Origin: a virus
Lineage: Duplodnaviria > Caudoviricetes
Direction: 5' to 3' (one strand)
DNA length: 64,000 nt
Virus record (IMG/VR): IMGVR_UViG_3300035698_035303
Coordinates: 639-64,638 of that record
Shown in pieces: positions 52,192-60,375 of the stretch (the stretch's first letter is position 1; the number at the start of each line of letters is the position of its first letter). A model generated the notes under the pieces. It worked only from the letters and a program-made list of their open reading frames with translations. It was not told the origin of the DNA and made no database searches. The translations under genes were made by a program, and so were the position numbers.

Positions 52192-52794
52192 ATGCCTAGA
52201 TACATTAATCATCATGCAGGAACATGTATAGTTAGAACAGCTATAAATACTACTGTTAAAGTTCACCCACATATGATCGTTGATTGTAGTGCAGGTGAAG
52301 CAGCCAGATTTGGCTTTAAATTATTTGAGGAAGATGAAAACGGTAAAGTTAAAAACATCATGCCTCCGATAAAACCAGCTGTTCGTGATGCTGAATTGAA
52401 TAATTCTAAATCATATCATCATGGTGCTAAAATTGATGAAGCAAAAGCTTCCGCAACCATAGCAGCAGAAGCTGCAGTTAAATCCGCACCATCTGAAACT
52501 AAGTCAGCAGTTATTCCAGCCCCAGTTGAATCTCCAGAAGTTGCAGCAGTTGTGGCTGACGAAAAAGTTGAACTAGAAGTTCCTGAAACAGCTACAGTAG
52601 CCGAGCCTGATGCACAGCCTATAGAAGCCCCTATTGATGAAGAAAAAGCTGATGATATTGCTATAGCCCTTGATTTAGATACCCTGTCTAAATCAGCGCT
52701 CAAGGCTAAAGCTAAAGAATTAGGGCTAAGTGACAAGGGAAGCAAAGACGATCTTCTTTCTCTTATTACTGGTACTTTAAAATCTGAGGAGTAA
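52192..52794 (+). CDS. Protein with C-terminal Rho-N/SAP-like helix-extension-helix
   Basis: LDTLSKSALKAKAKELGLSDKGSKDDLLSLI after an Ala/Glu/Pro linker. Confidence 0.7.
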   Translation: MPRYINHHAGTCIVRTAINTTVKVHPHMIVDCSAGEAARFGFKLFEEDENGKVKNIMPPIKPAVRDAELNNSKSYHHGAKIDEAKASATIAAEAAVKSAPSETKSAVIPAPVESPEVAAVVADEKVELEVPETATVAEPDAQPIEAPIDEEKADDIAIALDLDTLSKSALKAKAKELGLSDKGSKDDLLSLITGTLKSEE

Positions 52795-52797
52795 ACA

Positions 52798-52959
52798 ATG
52801 AGTGACGAAAAACAATTATTAATTGACAGTGTAGGTTCACCCCTAAACCCAGTTATTAATGAAGAAATTTTGCTTAAAGCAAAGAATCTTTTGAAACCAA
52901 AATTAAGAGTAGTAGCTGAGCCAATTAAAGAACAGAAAAAGAAAGCTAAAAAGAAATAA
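52798..52959 (+). CDS. 53-aa basic-tailed hypothetical protein (not in ORF track)
   Basis: GAGGAG RBS; MSDEKQLLIDSVGSPLNPVINEEILL...KKKAKKK fills the gap. Confidence 0.65.
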   Translation: MSDEKQLLIDSVGSPLNPVINEEILLKAKNLLKPKLRVVAEPIKEQKKKAKKK

Positions 52960-52971
52960 TTGAGGTAATTA

Positions 52972-53685
52972 ATGTCAAATCTCACACCAGGGCGAGGCGT
53001 TAGAGGTCGTATTAAACAAGAGATAATGTATGATCTTGGCTATCCTGTTGTTCGTGTTGAGGTTATAGAACCATGGGTTGACTCGGCTATTGATAGAGCT
53101 TTAAGAGAATTCTCAAGGATAACCCCACAAGCTGAGGTGTGGGAATCATTCCCCACACAAGCCGGTGTTCATAGGTATTTGGTACCTGATGATTATGTAG
53201 CCATCCGTGAATGTGTTTATACGCCAAGTAATTGGGGTTTGTTTTATTATGATATGTTCCCTGGATGGGGAGCATGGTATGATTGGCTGAGAAGCTATTC
53301 AAGTATGACTGATTATACAATATCAGATATGTATATTAATATGTCTGAACGTGTTTTTGGGAAACAAGCCACGTGGGAATTTCATCACCCTTATATATAC
53401 CTTTATCCAATGCCACGACAATCAGGTCCCGTTTGGATAAAAGTTCAAAAAGTAATTACAGAGGACGCAATCCGAGAAGAGGATTGGGTCAGAGAATATG
53501 CTTTAGCCGTTGTTAAACAGCGATTAGGGCGTGTTCGTGGTAAATATCAAAGCTTACCTGGTCCACGAGGAGATATAAGTCTTGACGGAGCGGATTTAAT
53601 AAGCGACAGTAAAGAAACAATATTGCGTCTTGTTGACGATTTAAGAGCAGAATATCAAGAACCATTGGGATTCTACACAGGTTAA
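52972..53685 (+). CDS. Neck / head-tail adaptor protein (T4 gp13-like)
   Basis: LGYPVVRVEV and WVREYALAVVKQRLGRVRGKY..LPGPRGDISLDG motifs. Confidence 0.88.
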   Translation: MSNLTPGRGVRGRIKQEIMYDLGYPVVRVEVIEPWVDSAIDRALREFSRITPQAEVWESFPTQAGVHRYLVPDDYVAIRECVYTPSNWGLFYYDMFPGWGAWYDWLRSYSSMTDYTISDMYINMSERVFGKQATWEFHHPYIYLYPMPRQSGPVWIKVQKVITEDAIREEDWVREYALAVVKQRLGRVRGKYQSLPGPRGDISLDGADLISDSKETILRLVDDLRAEYQEPLGFYTG

Positions 53686-53701
53686 AACTAAAGGAGTTAA
53701 A

Positions 53702-54121
53702 GTGAATTTAAGTAACATGAATGATACAGGAAAAAACAAAACTGTAGCAGACATTTTAAATGAGTTGCGAGAAAAAGACAAAGCATTTGAACAAACGCCT
53801 CAAATAGCTGACGAAGTTGACTCTAAAGACGTAAAAGGGTCTCGTCGTATCAAAGAGGATTTGGATCCATTGCCACATGAAAATCAACTAACTGACGAAC
53901 ATATAGACCTTATGAAACGATTGGGTTGTTCAGGGAGTGATAATAGTGGTGTTAAGCAACAGCCAATGGATGAAAGCAAATCATTAGCAAACTTACTAAA
54001 TTCACAAAAACCAAAATTCACTGTAGAAAGTGTAGCAGCAAGTATTAAAAAAGCTATTCCCCAAATTGAGGATGGTCCAGCTAATAAACTTGCAGCTGTA
54101 ATTGTCACAGATCATTCGTGA
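53702..54121 (+). CDS. Hypothetical protein
   Basis: AAGGAG RBS before GTG. Confidence 0.6.
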   Translation: MNLSNMNDTGKNKTVADILNELREKDKAFEQTPQIADEVDSKDVKGSRRIKEDLDPLPHENQLTDEHIDLMKRLGCSGSDNSGVKQQPMDESKSLANLLNSQKPKFTVESVAASIKKAIPQIEDGPANKLAAVIVTDHS

Positions 54122-54129
54122 GGTAAATT

Positions 54130-54540
54130 ATGGCCCAGACATTATTAAATATTAAAAAAGATGGTCAAGGTTCATCGTATTCAGCCACAATAAGCCTTCG
54201 TTGTACCGATATGGGACATCAAATTCTATTAGAACAACATGGTCCAGTCGAGGTTGAATGTGGTGGTTCTTTTACGGAGACAATTGCTGGCCCAACTGTT
54301 GTTAATGTAGTTTTGTCTTCTACCCTTAGAGATTTCCCTGATCAATTCGCTTATACACAAACTTTTACCGCCGATCAATTTGCTGGTGATCACCAAATCG
54401 CTATGAATCAGCTAGATGCTTGGGTACAACATATGACAAAATCAGATGGTATTATACAAACGGCATTAGACGTATTATGGACATCAGTTGGTGGTGTTGA
54501 TTACGATGATGATGATACAGTGGTATTAACCACACCATAA
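54130..54540 (+). CDS. Hypothetical, possibly structural protein
   Basis: GAGG RBS; no family recognised. Confidence 0.6.
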   Translation: MAQTLLNIKKDGQGSSYSATISLRCTDMGHQILLEQHGPVEVECGGSFTETIAGPTVVNVVLSSTLRDFPDQFAYTQTFTADQFAGDHQIAMNQLDAWVQHMTKSDGIIQTALDVLWTSVGGVDYDDDDTVVLTTP

Positions 54541-54560
54541 TAAAGTGGTATTAACCACAC
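54519..54560. repeat. Two direct copies of AGTGGTATTAACCACAC (17 bp), each containing GTGGT-N4-ACCAC
   Basis: Copies at 54519-54535 and 54544-54560. Confidence 0.9.
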
Positions 54561-54581
54561 AATAACAAAGGATAATAAGTT

Positions 54582-55073
54582 ATGAAAACTAGTAAAAAAT
54601 TGAATGAAATTATTGACAGATTTGAGAAAGAACTTGATGAGTTTATTGGAATTAACGAGGCGCAGGAGTTAACTCCTACTATAATGAAAAAAATAGCCAC
54701 AAATCTTAGCAAAGTAATAAAAGATCAGAATCCCTGGCGTATTGCAAAATTTAAGGTTACTAAGGATGGGGATACTTTTAAGGCTGTATCTGACGATTAT
54801 GCAGATAAATACAATAAAATGTTTGTGGACAAAGAAATAGCTAAATACCCATCAAATGCCGAATATTTAATGCGACAAAAAAAGTATTATCATGAAACCA
54901 AAAAAGTCATTCGCAAAGGTGATGAACGTAATTATTCTTATGTAGTTGACTTAGTACAAGTAATTGTAAATAAAAACGGGACCCATCGGGATAAATCAGC
55001 ATTTATTGTATTTGATTCAAAAGGAAACATGAAATCTGTTAAGCAATATAGCCCTGAGCCTTTTGGGGTTTAA
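54582..55073 (+). CDS. Hypothetical protein with divergent leader (MKTSKKLNEIIDRF...INE|A)
   Basis: Leader similarity to downstream genes. Confidence 0.7.
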   Translation: MKTSKKLNEIIDRFEKELDEFIGINEAQELTPTIMKKIATNLSKVIKDQNPWRIAKFKVTKDGDTFKAVSDDYADKYNKMFVDKEIAKYPSNAEYLMRQKKYYHETKKVIRKGDERNYSYVVDLVQVIVNKNGTHRDKSAFIVFDSKGNMKSVKQYSPEPFGV

Positions 55074-55103
55074 TATCAATTAAATTTATTTAAAGGATAA
55101 ATT

Positions 55104-55565
55104 ATGAAAAACAACATAACATTAGATGAAATTATTGATAGGTTTGGGGCTGATGTTGGCGATAACTTTAAAGTTAATGAAGCGAACGAGCCATATAATA
55201 CCACCGACCCAAAAGCAGTAGTAACAAATATGCCCCTTAGTGAAATGGCTAAAAATCTTTCAAAGACAGTCTCAAAAATGATTGGTATGCCTGTGACGTT
55301 CAAATTAACTGTTAAGAATAATATTATTAACATAGAGTCAAACGACTTGGCACCAAAAGTTAAACCCAAATTATTTAAACGGTTAATAATTAAGAGTGAC
55401 GGTGGTAGTGTTAGGCCTCACGAACAAGACAAAGTATTATGCTATCTTGCCCAGTTGTATTATCGGTGGGATCAATACGGTGGCGGTTCTAATGGGTTAA
55501 ACATTGGTCTTTTTCAGATTAATCAAGAGGGATTCATTATTGGTTATAGAGAAGATTTAAAGTAA
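55104..55565 (+). CDS. Hypothetical protein with divergent leader (MKNNITLDEIIDRFG...VNE|A)
   Basis: Leader similarity to downstream genes. Confidence 0.7.
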   Translation: MKNNITLDEIIDRFGADVGDNFKVNEANEPYNTTDPKAVVTNMPLSEMAKNLSKTVSKMIGMPVTFKLTVKNNIINIESNDLAPKVKPKLFKRLIIKSDGGSVRPHEQDKVLCYLAQLYYRWDQYGGGSNGLNIGLFQINQEGFIIGYREDLK

Positions 55566-55577
55566 AAGGACATTAAA

Positions 55578-55853
55578 ATGAAAGACAATAGAACATTAAA
55601 CGAAGTGACTGAAAATTTTGGGATGAGTGAAGGCGTGGACAAGATTTCTATACCTGGTACGGATTTTGTTTTTACTATTCCTCTGTTTTATAAGGATAAA
55701 CCAGCTAAAAAGAAATCTGGGCATGTCCAACATAAATCGGGTCATCCACGCGGCGAATGGTTTGTTAACAAAAAAGGTAAAGTGACTTTCTTAGATGATT
55801 GGGATAAAGAGAAGAAAATGGCTGCATTCATAACGAAGGAAATAGGGCTATGA
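55578..55853 (+). CDS. Leader-family hypothetical protein
   Basis: MKDNRTLNEVTENFGMSE|G. Confidence 0.75.
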   Translation: MKDNRTLNEVTENFGMSEGVDKISIPGTDFVFTIPLFYKDKPAKKKSGHVQHKSGHPRGEWFVNKKGKVTFLDDWDKEKKMAAFITKEIGL

Positions 55854-56470
55854 AAGACAATAGAGACCTAAACGAAATTGCTGGTAATTTTGGAATCAAT
55901 GAATCTGAATCTGAAATTGATACCGATGAATGCGAAATTGATACCGATGATTTGTCTGAATCAATTATAGAGGAAGCTTCAACAACTCCAATGCCTGATG
56001 ACGTATTTAAAGCTTTAAATGAACAGGTTAAGAATGAGTTTGAAGCGTTTTATGCATATTACGGTATGGCTAATTCTATGGACTCTATTGGATTTAAGGG
56101 TATGGCTTGTTGGCTTCGTAAGTCAGCAAAAGAGGAATTAAACCATGCATATAAAGTTAATGATTATATCCTTGAGCGTGGCAAAGATGTGAAGCTAATT
56201 CCTATTCAACCGTCAAAAGAAAAATGGAATACCCCAAAAGCAGCTTTTGAGTCAGCAAACAAGCATGAAATTAGTGTTACTGCTAATTACAATAACTTGA
56301 AAAAATTAGCTGAAAGTGGCGGCGATCATCAAACTTGTGAATTCATTAACTTCTTCCTTCGTGAGCAAACAGAGGAAGAAGACAAAACTTTTGAAATTTG
56401 CCAAAAGCTTGATAAAGCTGGCAATGATCCAGCAGCTCTTTTGCAAATTGATAATCATCTTGGTTGTTAA
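55850..56470 (+). CDS. ftnA: Non-haem ferritin fused to the conserved leader
   Basis: LNEQVKNEFEAFYAY, EELNHAYKV.DYILERG, HEISVT and FLREQTEEE carry the ferroxidase-type residues; leader MKDNRDLNEIAGNFGINE. Confidence 0.9.
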   Translation: MKDNRDLNEIAGNFGINESESEIDTDECEIDTDDLSESIIEEASTTPMPDDVFKALNEQVKNEFEAFYAYYGMANSMDSIGFKGMACWLRKSAKEELNHAYKVNDYILERGKDVKLIPIQPSKEKWNTPKAAFESANKHEISVTANYNNLKKLAESGGDHQTCEFINFFLREQTEEEDKTFEICQKLDKAGNDPAALLQIDNHLGC

Positions 56471-56802
56471 TGAAATTAACAAACATCATATTATACGAAG
56501 AGCCAGATGTTTGTATGCCCATGATGGAGTTTGTAGAAGTTTGGGTTGATGAAAATGGTGATGAAATCAATGAAATATCACCTATAAGAAAACGTGTAAG
56601 AAAAAAACGTAAATGGAAAATAAGGTATTTTTGCCCTAAAGGGTATAGACATAAATCCCCACCAGGCAAGCCCAGACAGAAGGGGAAATGCGTTAAAATA
56701 CCTCCTGCGGTACTTGCTAAGATGAAAAGAAACGCACGCCGTGGGGCTAAAATACGAGGCAAAAAAGCAGCCAGAACAAGAAAAAGACTTTATGGTAAAT
56801 GA
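56470..56802 (+). CDS. Acidic-then-very-basic protein, prohead core gp68-like candidate
   Basis: ATG at 56470 overlaps the ferritin stop; RKRVRKKRK..CPKGYR..KCVKI..KKAARTRKR. Confidence 0.6.
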   Translation: MKLTNIILYEEPDVCMPMMEFVEVWVDENGDEINEISPIRKRVRKKRKWKIRYFCPKGYRHKSPPGKPRQKGKCVKIPPAVLAKMKRNARRGAKIRGKKAARTRKRLYGK

Positions 56803-56814
56803 TAAGGATTAATT

Positions 56815-57504
56815 ATGATTAAATTAAGACCAGCGCCTCTCCCAACAATAACTGTAAAAGATGTTTTGAAAGATTTTTCGGATATAGGACCACAAACCAA
56901 AGATTTTGATTTTGGTAATCCACTTGGGTATCTTAGGGAAGATGACGACGATGACGAAGAAGAAACCACGGTTGGAGACGCTGACCCTGAGGACTTTCCG
57001 GATGATACAGTTGTCCCAAAACACTTATCTATTGAGGGAGCAAGTAGAATAATGAAGCTTATTCGTGCTCACCAAAAAGAAATGCATTCCCCATCCGAAG
57101 TAGGAGAGTTTAAGTATGAATTACGCGGCAAAGATGTAACTTTTCGCGTAAAAGATTTTATGGAGGGTGTCATTGTTACAATAAATGACCCCGATGTATC
57201 CACCGCTAAAACGTTTAAGTTTCCTTTGGATTGGCAAGGTGGTAAGGTTATGGACTCAATTAATACAGCTATAGCGGAATTAGAACTGGGGGAAGCAACC
57301 AATAAATTTACTACTGATGATGTTGGTTTCGATATTCGTGATATGGCGACTGATTTAATTTGGCTTGGGAAGAAAGGCAGTGAAATTGCCCGATTCCTTG
57401 ATGGGGATAAAAATTTTCCCCAGATGAAAATTCTTCTGAAACAAGCGAATGATCAAGCTAACAGAATGATGAAGCAAATACCAAAGATTTTAAAAAGGAT
57501 GTGA
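56815..57504 (+). CDS. Modular hypothetical protein
   Basis: C-terminal module after LGE|A is paralogous to the next ORF. Confidence 0.7.
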   Translation: MIKLRPAPLPTITVKDVLKDFSDIGPQTKDFDFGNPLGYLREDDDDDEEETTVGDADPEDFPDDTVVPKHLSIEGASRIMKLIRAHQKEMHSPSEVGEFKYELRGKDVTFRVKDFMEGVIVTINDPDVSTAKTFKFPLDWQGGKVMDSINTAIAELELGEATNKFTTDDVGFDIRDMATDLIWLGKKGSEIARFLDGDKNFPQMKILLKQANDQANRMMKQIPKILKRM

Positions 57505-57508
57505 TATA

Positions 57509-57763
57509 ATGGATAAAAAAACAATTGAAGCATTTAAGGTTTTTATGATTGGCGAAGCTAATATTGAAAATACTGATGATTTCATAGACCGTGCTATGGA
57601 TGTATTCCAAGCTAACATTAAGTTGGGCAAGGAAGGGTCGAAGGCTCTCCGATTAGTTGATTATGATAAGAATATCGATAAAATGGCTTATTCCCTGAAA
57701 CAAGCTAAAAAAGAAATGTTGAGCACTATTGCAATAATCGATAAAGCATTAAAGATTAAGTAA
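57509..57763 (+). CDS. Hypothetical protein, paralogue of the upstream C-terminal module
   Basis: Shared GEA..TDD..LGK.GS...R..D.DKN...M...LKQA. Confidence 0.7.
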   Translation: MDKKTIEAFKVFMIGEANIENTDDFIDRAMDVFQANIKLGKEGSKALRLVDYDKNIDKMAYSLKQAKKEMLSTIAIIDKALKIK

Positions 57764-57798
57764 CCGGAAATACAATAATATTCCTGTGGATAAAGAAC

Positions 57799-58113
57799 AT
57801 GAAAGATAACCGATTATTAAATGAAATTGCTGAGGCTTTCGGTCTTGACCCAAAAGACGAAAAGATTAAAACAGTAAAAGATCATATAAAACCTCTTTTA
57901 GAAGTTTTAGAAAAAAGGTTTAAATTAAAAGTAAAATATATTGACGTTCATAATGCAGCTATAAGTATTTTTGAAGGAAGAAAAAAAGTTGGTGGTTTTC
58001 AATTAGGCATCATGAATAGAACGCCTATTCACAATTATTCAGGTATAGCAGGAGAATATTCTACTAGTTTAGAATATGCTTATAGAATATACAAAAAGAA
58101 AAATAAATTATAA
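57799..58113 (+). CDS. Leader-family hypothetical protein
   Basis: MKDNRLLNEIAEAFG. Confidence 0.75.
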   Translation: MKDNRLLNEIAEAFGLDPKDEKIKTVKDHIKPLLEVLEKRFKLKVKYIDVHNAAISIFEGRKKVGGFQLGIMNRTPIHNYSGIAGEYSTSLEYAYRIYKKKNKL

Positions 58114-58826
58114 TGGGTAAAGGCATTTACAAAGAAATAACAGATGATGACAAGAAGCTTGATAAGCAAAAGCCTTCTATATCAAACTTCGGTGGTCAGC
58201 ATTTCCCTGATAAGGTAAATTACTATCGCCCTGCATTTGAGGGATCAGGTATTGCAGATGGGACATTTCGTTTATTTGATATGGCTAATCCTGATGATGC
58301 TTTGTTTGATGCAGTAGAGCAAGAGCAAATTGCTATTACATCGCCGCCAATTCTTTTATATAGATTAAATACCGATCGTACTGAAGTTGATGAAGTAACT
58401 GGTGAATCGCAAATACGTTTTTATAACAAATTTGATAGGATTGTTGGTAATTATGAGGCACCGGATGTCGAACAACAATTATCTCGTTTCGGTATTGCGG
58501 AACAAGAAGAAATTGAAATTATTTTTAATCTTAATTATTTGTTTGTAGAAGTTGGTGGACAAATAGATGAAGGCGATTTAATCAGAACTGTTGACGGCAA
58601 GATGTGGGAAGTAATCGATAGTGTTGTTGGGGATGAAGCTCTTTGGACTAAGGGACATAACAAGTGCGTTCTTAAACGTGTTCAGGGAGAGGGTTATTTA
58701 ATCCCTGATGATAAAAACCCTGGAAAATACATTGATATAAGTGATAGCCCTAATACCGGAAGTCGAACAGGTCGTGATAAAAAAGGCGAAGATAGCGATT
58801 TAGGCAGTGGTCATGAACCACTTTAA
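58113..58826 (+). CDS. Neck / head-closure protein (T4 gp14-like)
   Basis: TEVDEVTGES, LSRFGIAEQEEIEIIF and DEGDLI..GKMWEV motifs. Confidence 0.75.
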   Translation: MGKGIYKEITDDDKKLDKQKPSISNFGGQHFPDKVNYYRPAFEGSGIADGTFRLFDMANPDDALFDAVEQEQIAITSPPILLYRLNTDRTEVDEVTGESQIRFYNKFDRIVGNYEAPDVEQQLSRFGIAEQEEIEIIFNLNYLFVEVGGQIDEGDLIRTVDGKMWEVIDSVVGDEALWTKGHNKCVLKRVQGEGYLIPDDKNPGKYIDISDSPNTGSRTGRDKKGEDSDLGSGHEPL

Positions 58827-58835
58827 GGAGATAAT

Positions 58836-59309
58836 ATGAAAGACATTAGAACATTAAACGAAGTTGCTGAACAATTTGGTATCAATGAAGCTGATGATAT
58901 TAAGGAAATGGGAGCTAAAGAATTTATGACAAGTATTCGCGATGCTTTGGCAAAAGGAAATATGCCTAGAATTGCTAATACTTCTGGAGCAGCCATTCGT
59001 GGTTGGACAAATTCAATAGGCTCTACTGGTTTTAGCGTTAAGGATAAGGGTAAAGATATTGATATTCATATTGTAATAAGTGGGAAAAAAGCTGGGATTA
59101 AATATAAAAGAATTTATGACAGGGATGGAAGTGAGTACGATGAACCCGCAAATCAGGATAGTCTCCATCCAAAGATTAAACAAATTATAAATAAACTTGG
59201 AATTCAAGTTAAGAATATTAGGTCAAGTGGCCATTCAGGGTCTTTTGATGATGATGTGACATATAATATTATTGCCAAACGACCTAAATGGCTTATTTCA
59301 AAAAATTAA
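58836..59309 (+). CDS. Leader-family hypothetical protein
   Basis: MKDIRTLNEVAEQFGINE|A. Confidence 0.8.
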   Translation: MKDIRTLNEVAEQFGINEADDIKEMGAKEFMTSIRDALAKGNMPRIANTSGAAIRGWTNSIGSTGFSVKDKGKDIDIHIVISGKKAGIKYKRIYDRDGSEYDEPANQDSLHPKIKQIINKLGIQVKNIRSSGHSGSFDDDVTYNIIAKRPKWLISKN

Positions 59310-59318
59310 GGGCACAGA

Positions 59319-59705
59319 ATGAAAGACATCAGAACATTAAACGAAGTTGCTGAACAATTTGGTGCTGTTAATGAGGATTCTCTTTTTGATGCTGAATCAG
59401 CTGATGAATGGGAAAATAAAATAGAAAAAGGTATAAAAGTCCCTTTTATTAACGTTGGCAAGTCTACTCTGGGTGGCCCTAAAAATATTGCTCTAATGAT
59501 AAGGCTATCACTTGATCCACAAAAAGACTGGAGTAATAATATATTTCATAATTCAAGATATGCTCAATTGAGTTTATCTAATGATGGCAAACTTGAAATG
59601 TTTTCTAGCTCATATAATATAAAGAATATGAGGAAAACAAAGGTAAAGACAGCAGATGACGCAATAAAGAAAATAAATGTTTGGGCTAAAAAGGAGAATT
59701 CATGA
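59319..59705 (+). CDS. Leader-family hypothetical protein
   Basis: MKDIRTLNEVAEQFGAVNE|D. Confidence 0.8.
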   Translation: MKDIRTLNEVAEQFGAVNEDSLFDAESADEWENKIEKGIKVPFINVGKSTLGGPKNIALMIRLSLDPQKDWSNNIFHNSRYAQLSLSNDGKLEMFSSSYNIKNMRKTKVKTADDAIKKINVWAKKENS

Positions 59706-60364
59706 AAGATATTAGAACATTAAATGAAATAGCTGAACGATTTAATATTAACGAAGGTAAATTTGATAAATTTCGTCGTAGTAATTCAATTCCTACTAAT
59801 GCGGGAGATTGGACTAAATTAGCTAAACAACTTGACGCTGGCATTAATGAATTGGATGATATTGCAATTAGTTTTGGTAGTTTTAAAGATTTCGAAGCTT
59901 TATATGCAGCTTATAAAAGCCCGTTTGATATATATAATGAGTCTTTAGCTATAACTAATAAACTTATTAAAATAATAAAACAAGTTGTCAGTAGTGCAAG
60001 TAATATGAGTAAAGGCCAATTTTACTCATTAATTAAAAAATTGGAAGAAGATACTGAGGATACTAATGTTGACGAAGGTATGTACCAAAGATTTCGTCGT
60101 GGTAATTCAATTCCTACCAATGCTGGTTACGGATGGGGAGCCCTCTGTAAGAAATTAGATGCTGGAATTCTTGAGCTTGATGCTATCGCTGATGATCTTG
60201 GTTATGAAGACTTTGAAGATCTAGATGCAAGCTATAGTAATCCTGCTTATATTCTGAGTTCGTCTTTGAAAAGTAGATTTATTAAATCTATTAAAAAAGT
60301 TGTTAATAAAGGGAATAACATGAGCCCTTCTAAACTTGAGAAAATGATTATAGACTTAAAATAG
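59702..60364 (+). CDS. Leader-family protein with two tandem homologous modules
   Basis: MKDIRTLNEIAERFNINE|G; FRRxNSIPTNAG occurs twice. Confidence 0.8.
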   Translation: MKDIRTLNEIAERFNINEGKFDKFRRSNSIPTNAGDWTKLAKQLDAGINELDDIAISFGSFKDFEALYAAYKSPFDIYNESLAITNKLIKIIKQVVSSASNMSKGQFYSLIKKLEEDTEDTNVDEGMYQRFRRGNSIPTNAGYGWGALCKKLDAGILELDAIADDLGYEDFEDLDASYSNPAYILSSSLKSRFIKSIKKVVNKGNNMSPSKLEKMIIDLK

Positions 60365-60375
60365 GAATATTATTA

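Noticed and set aside
52419-52985. 188-aa minus-strand ORF, and the other short minus-strand or nested ORFs in the track
   Set aside because: They overlap well-supported plus-strand genes with RBSs and have no recognisable motifs.
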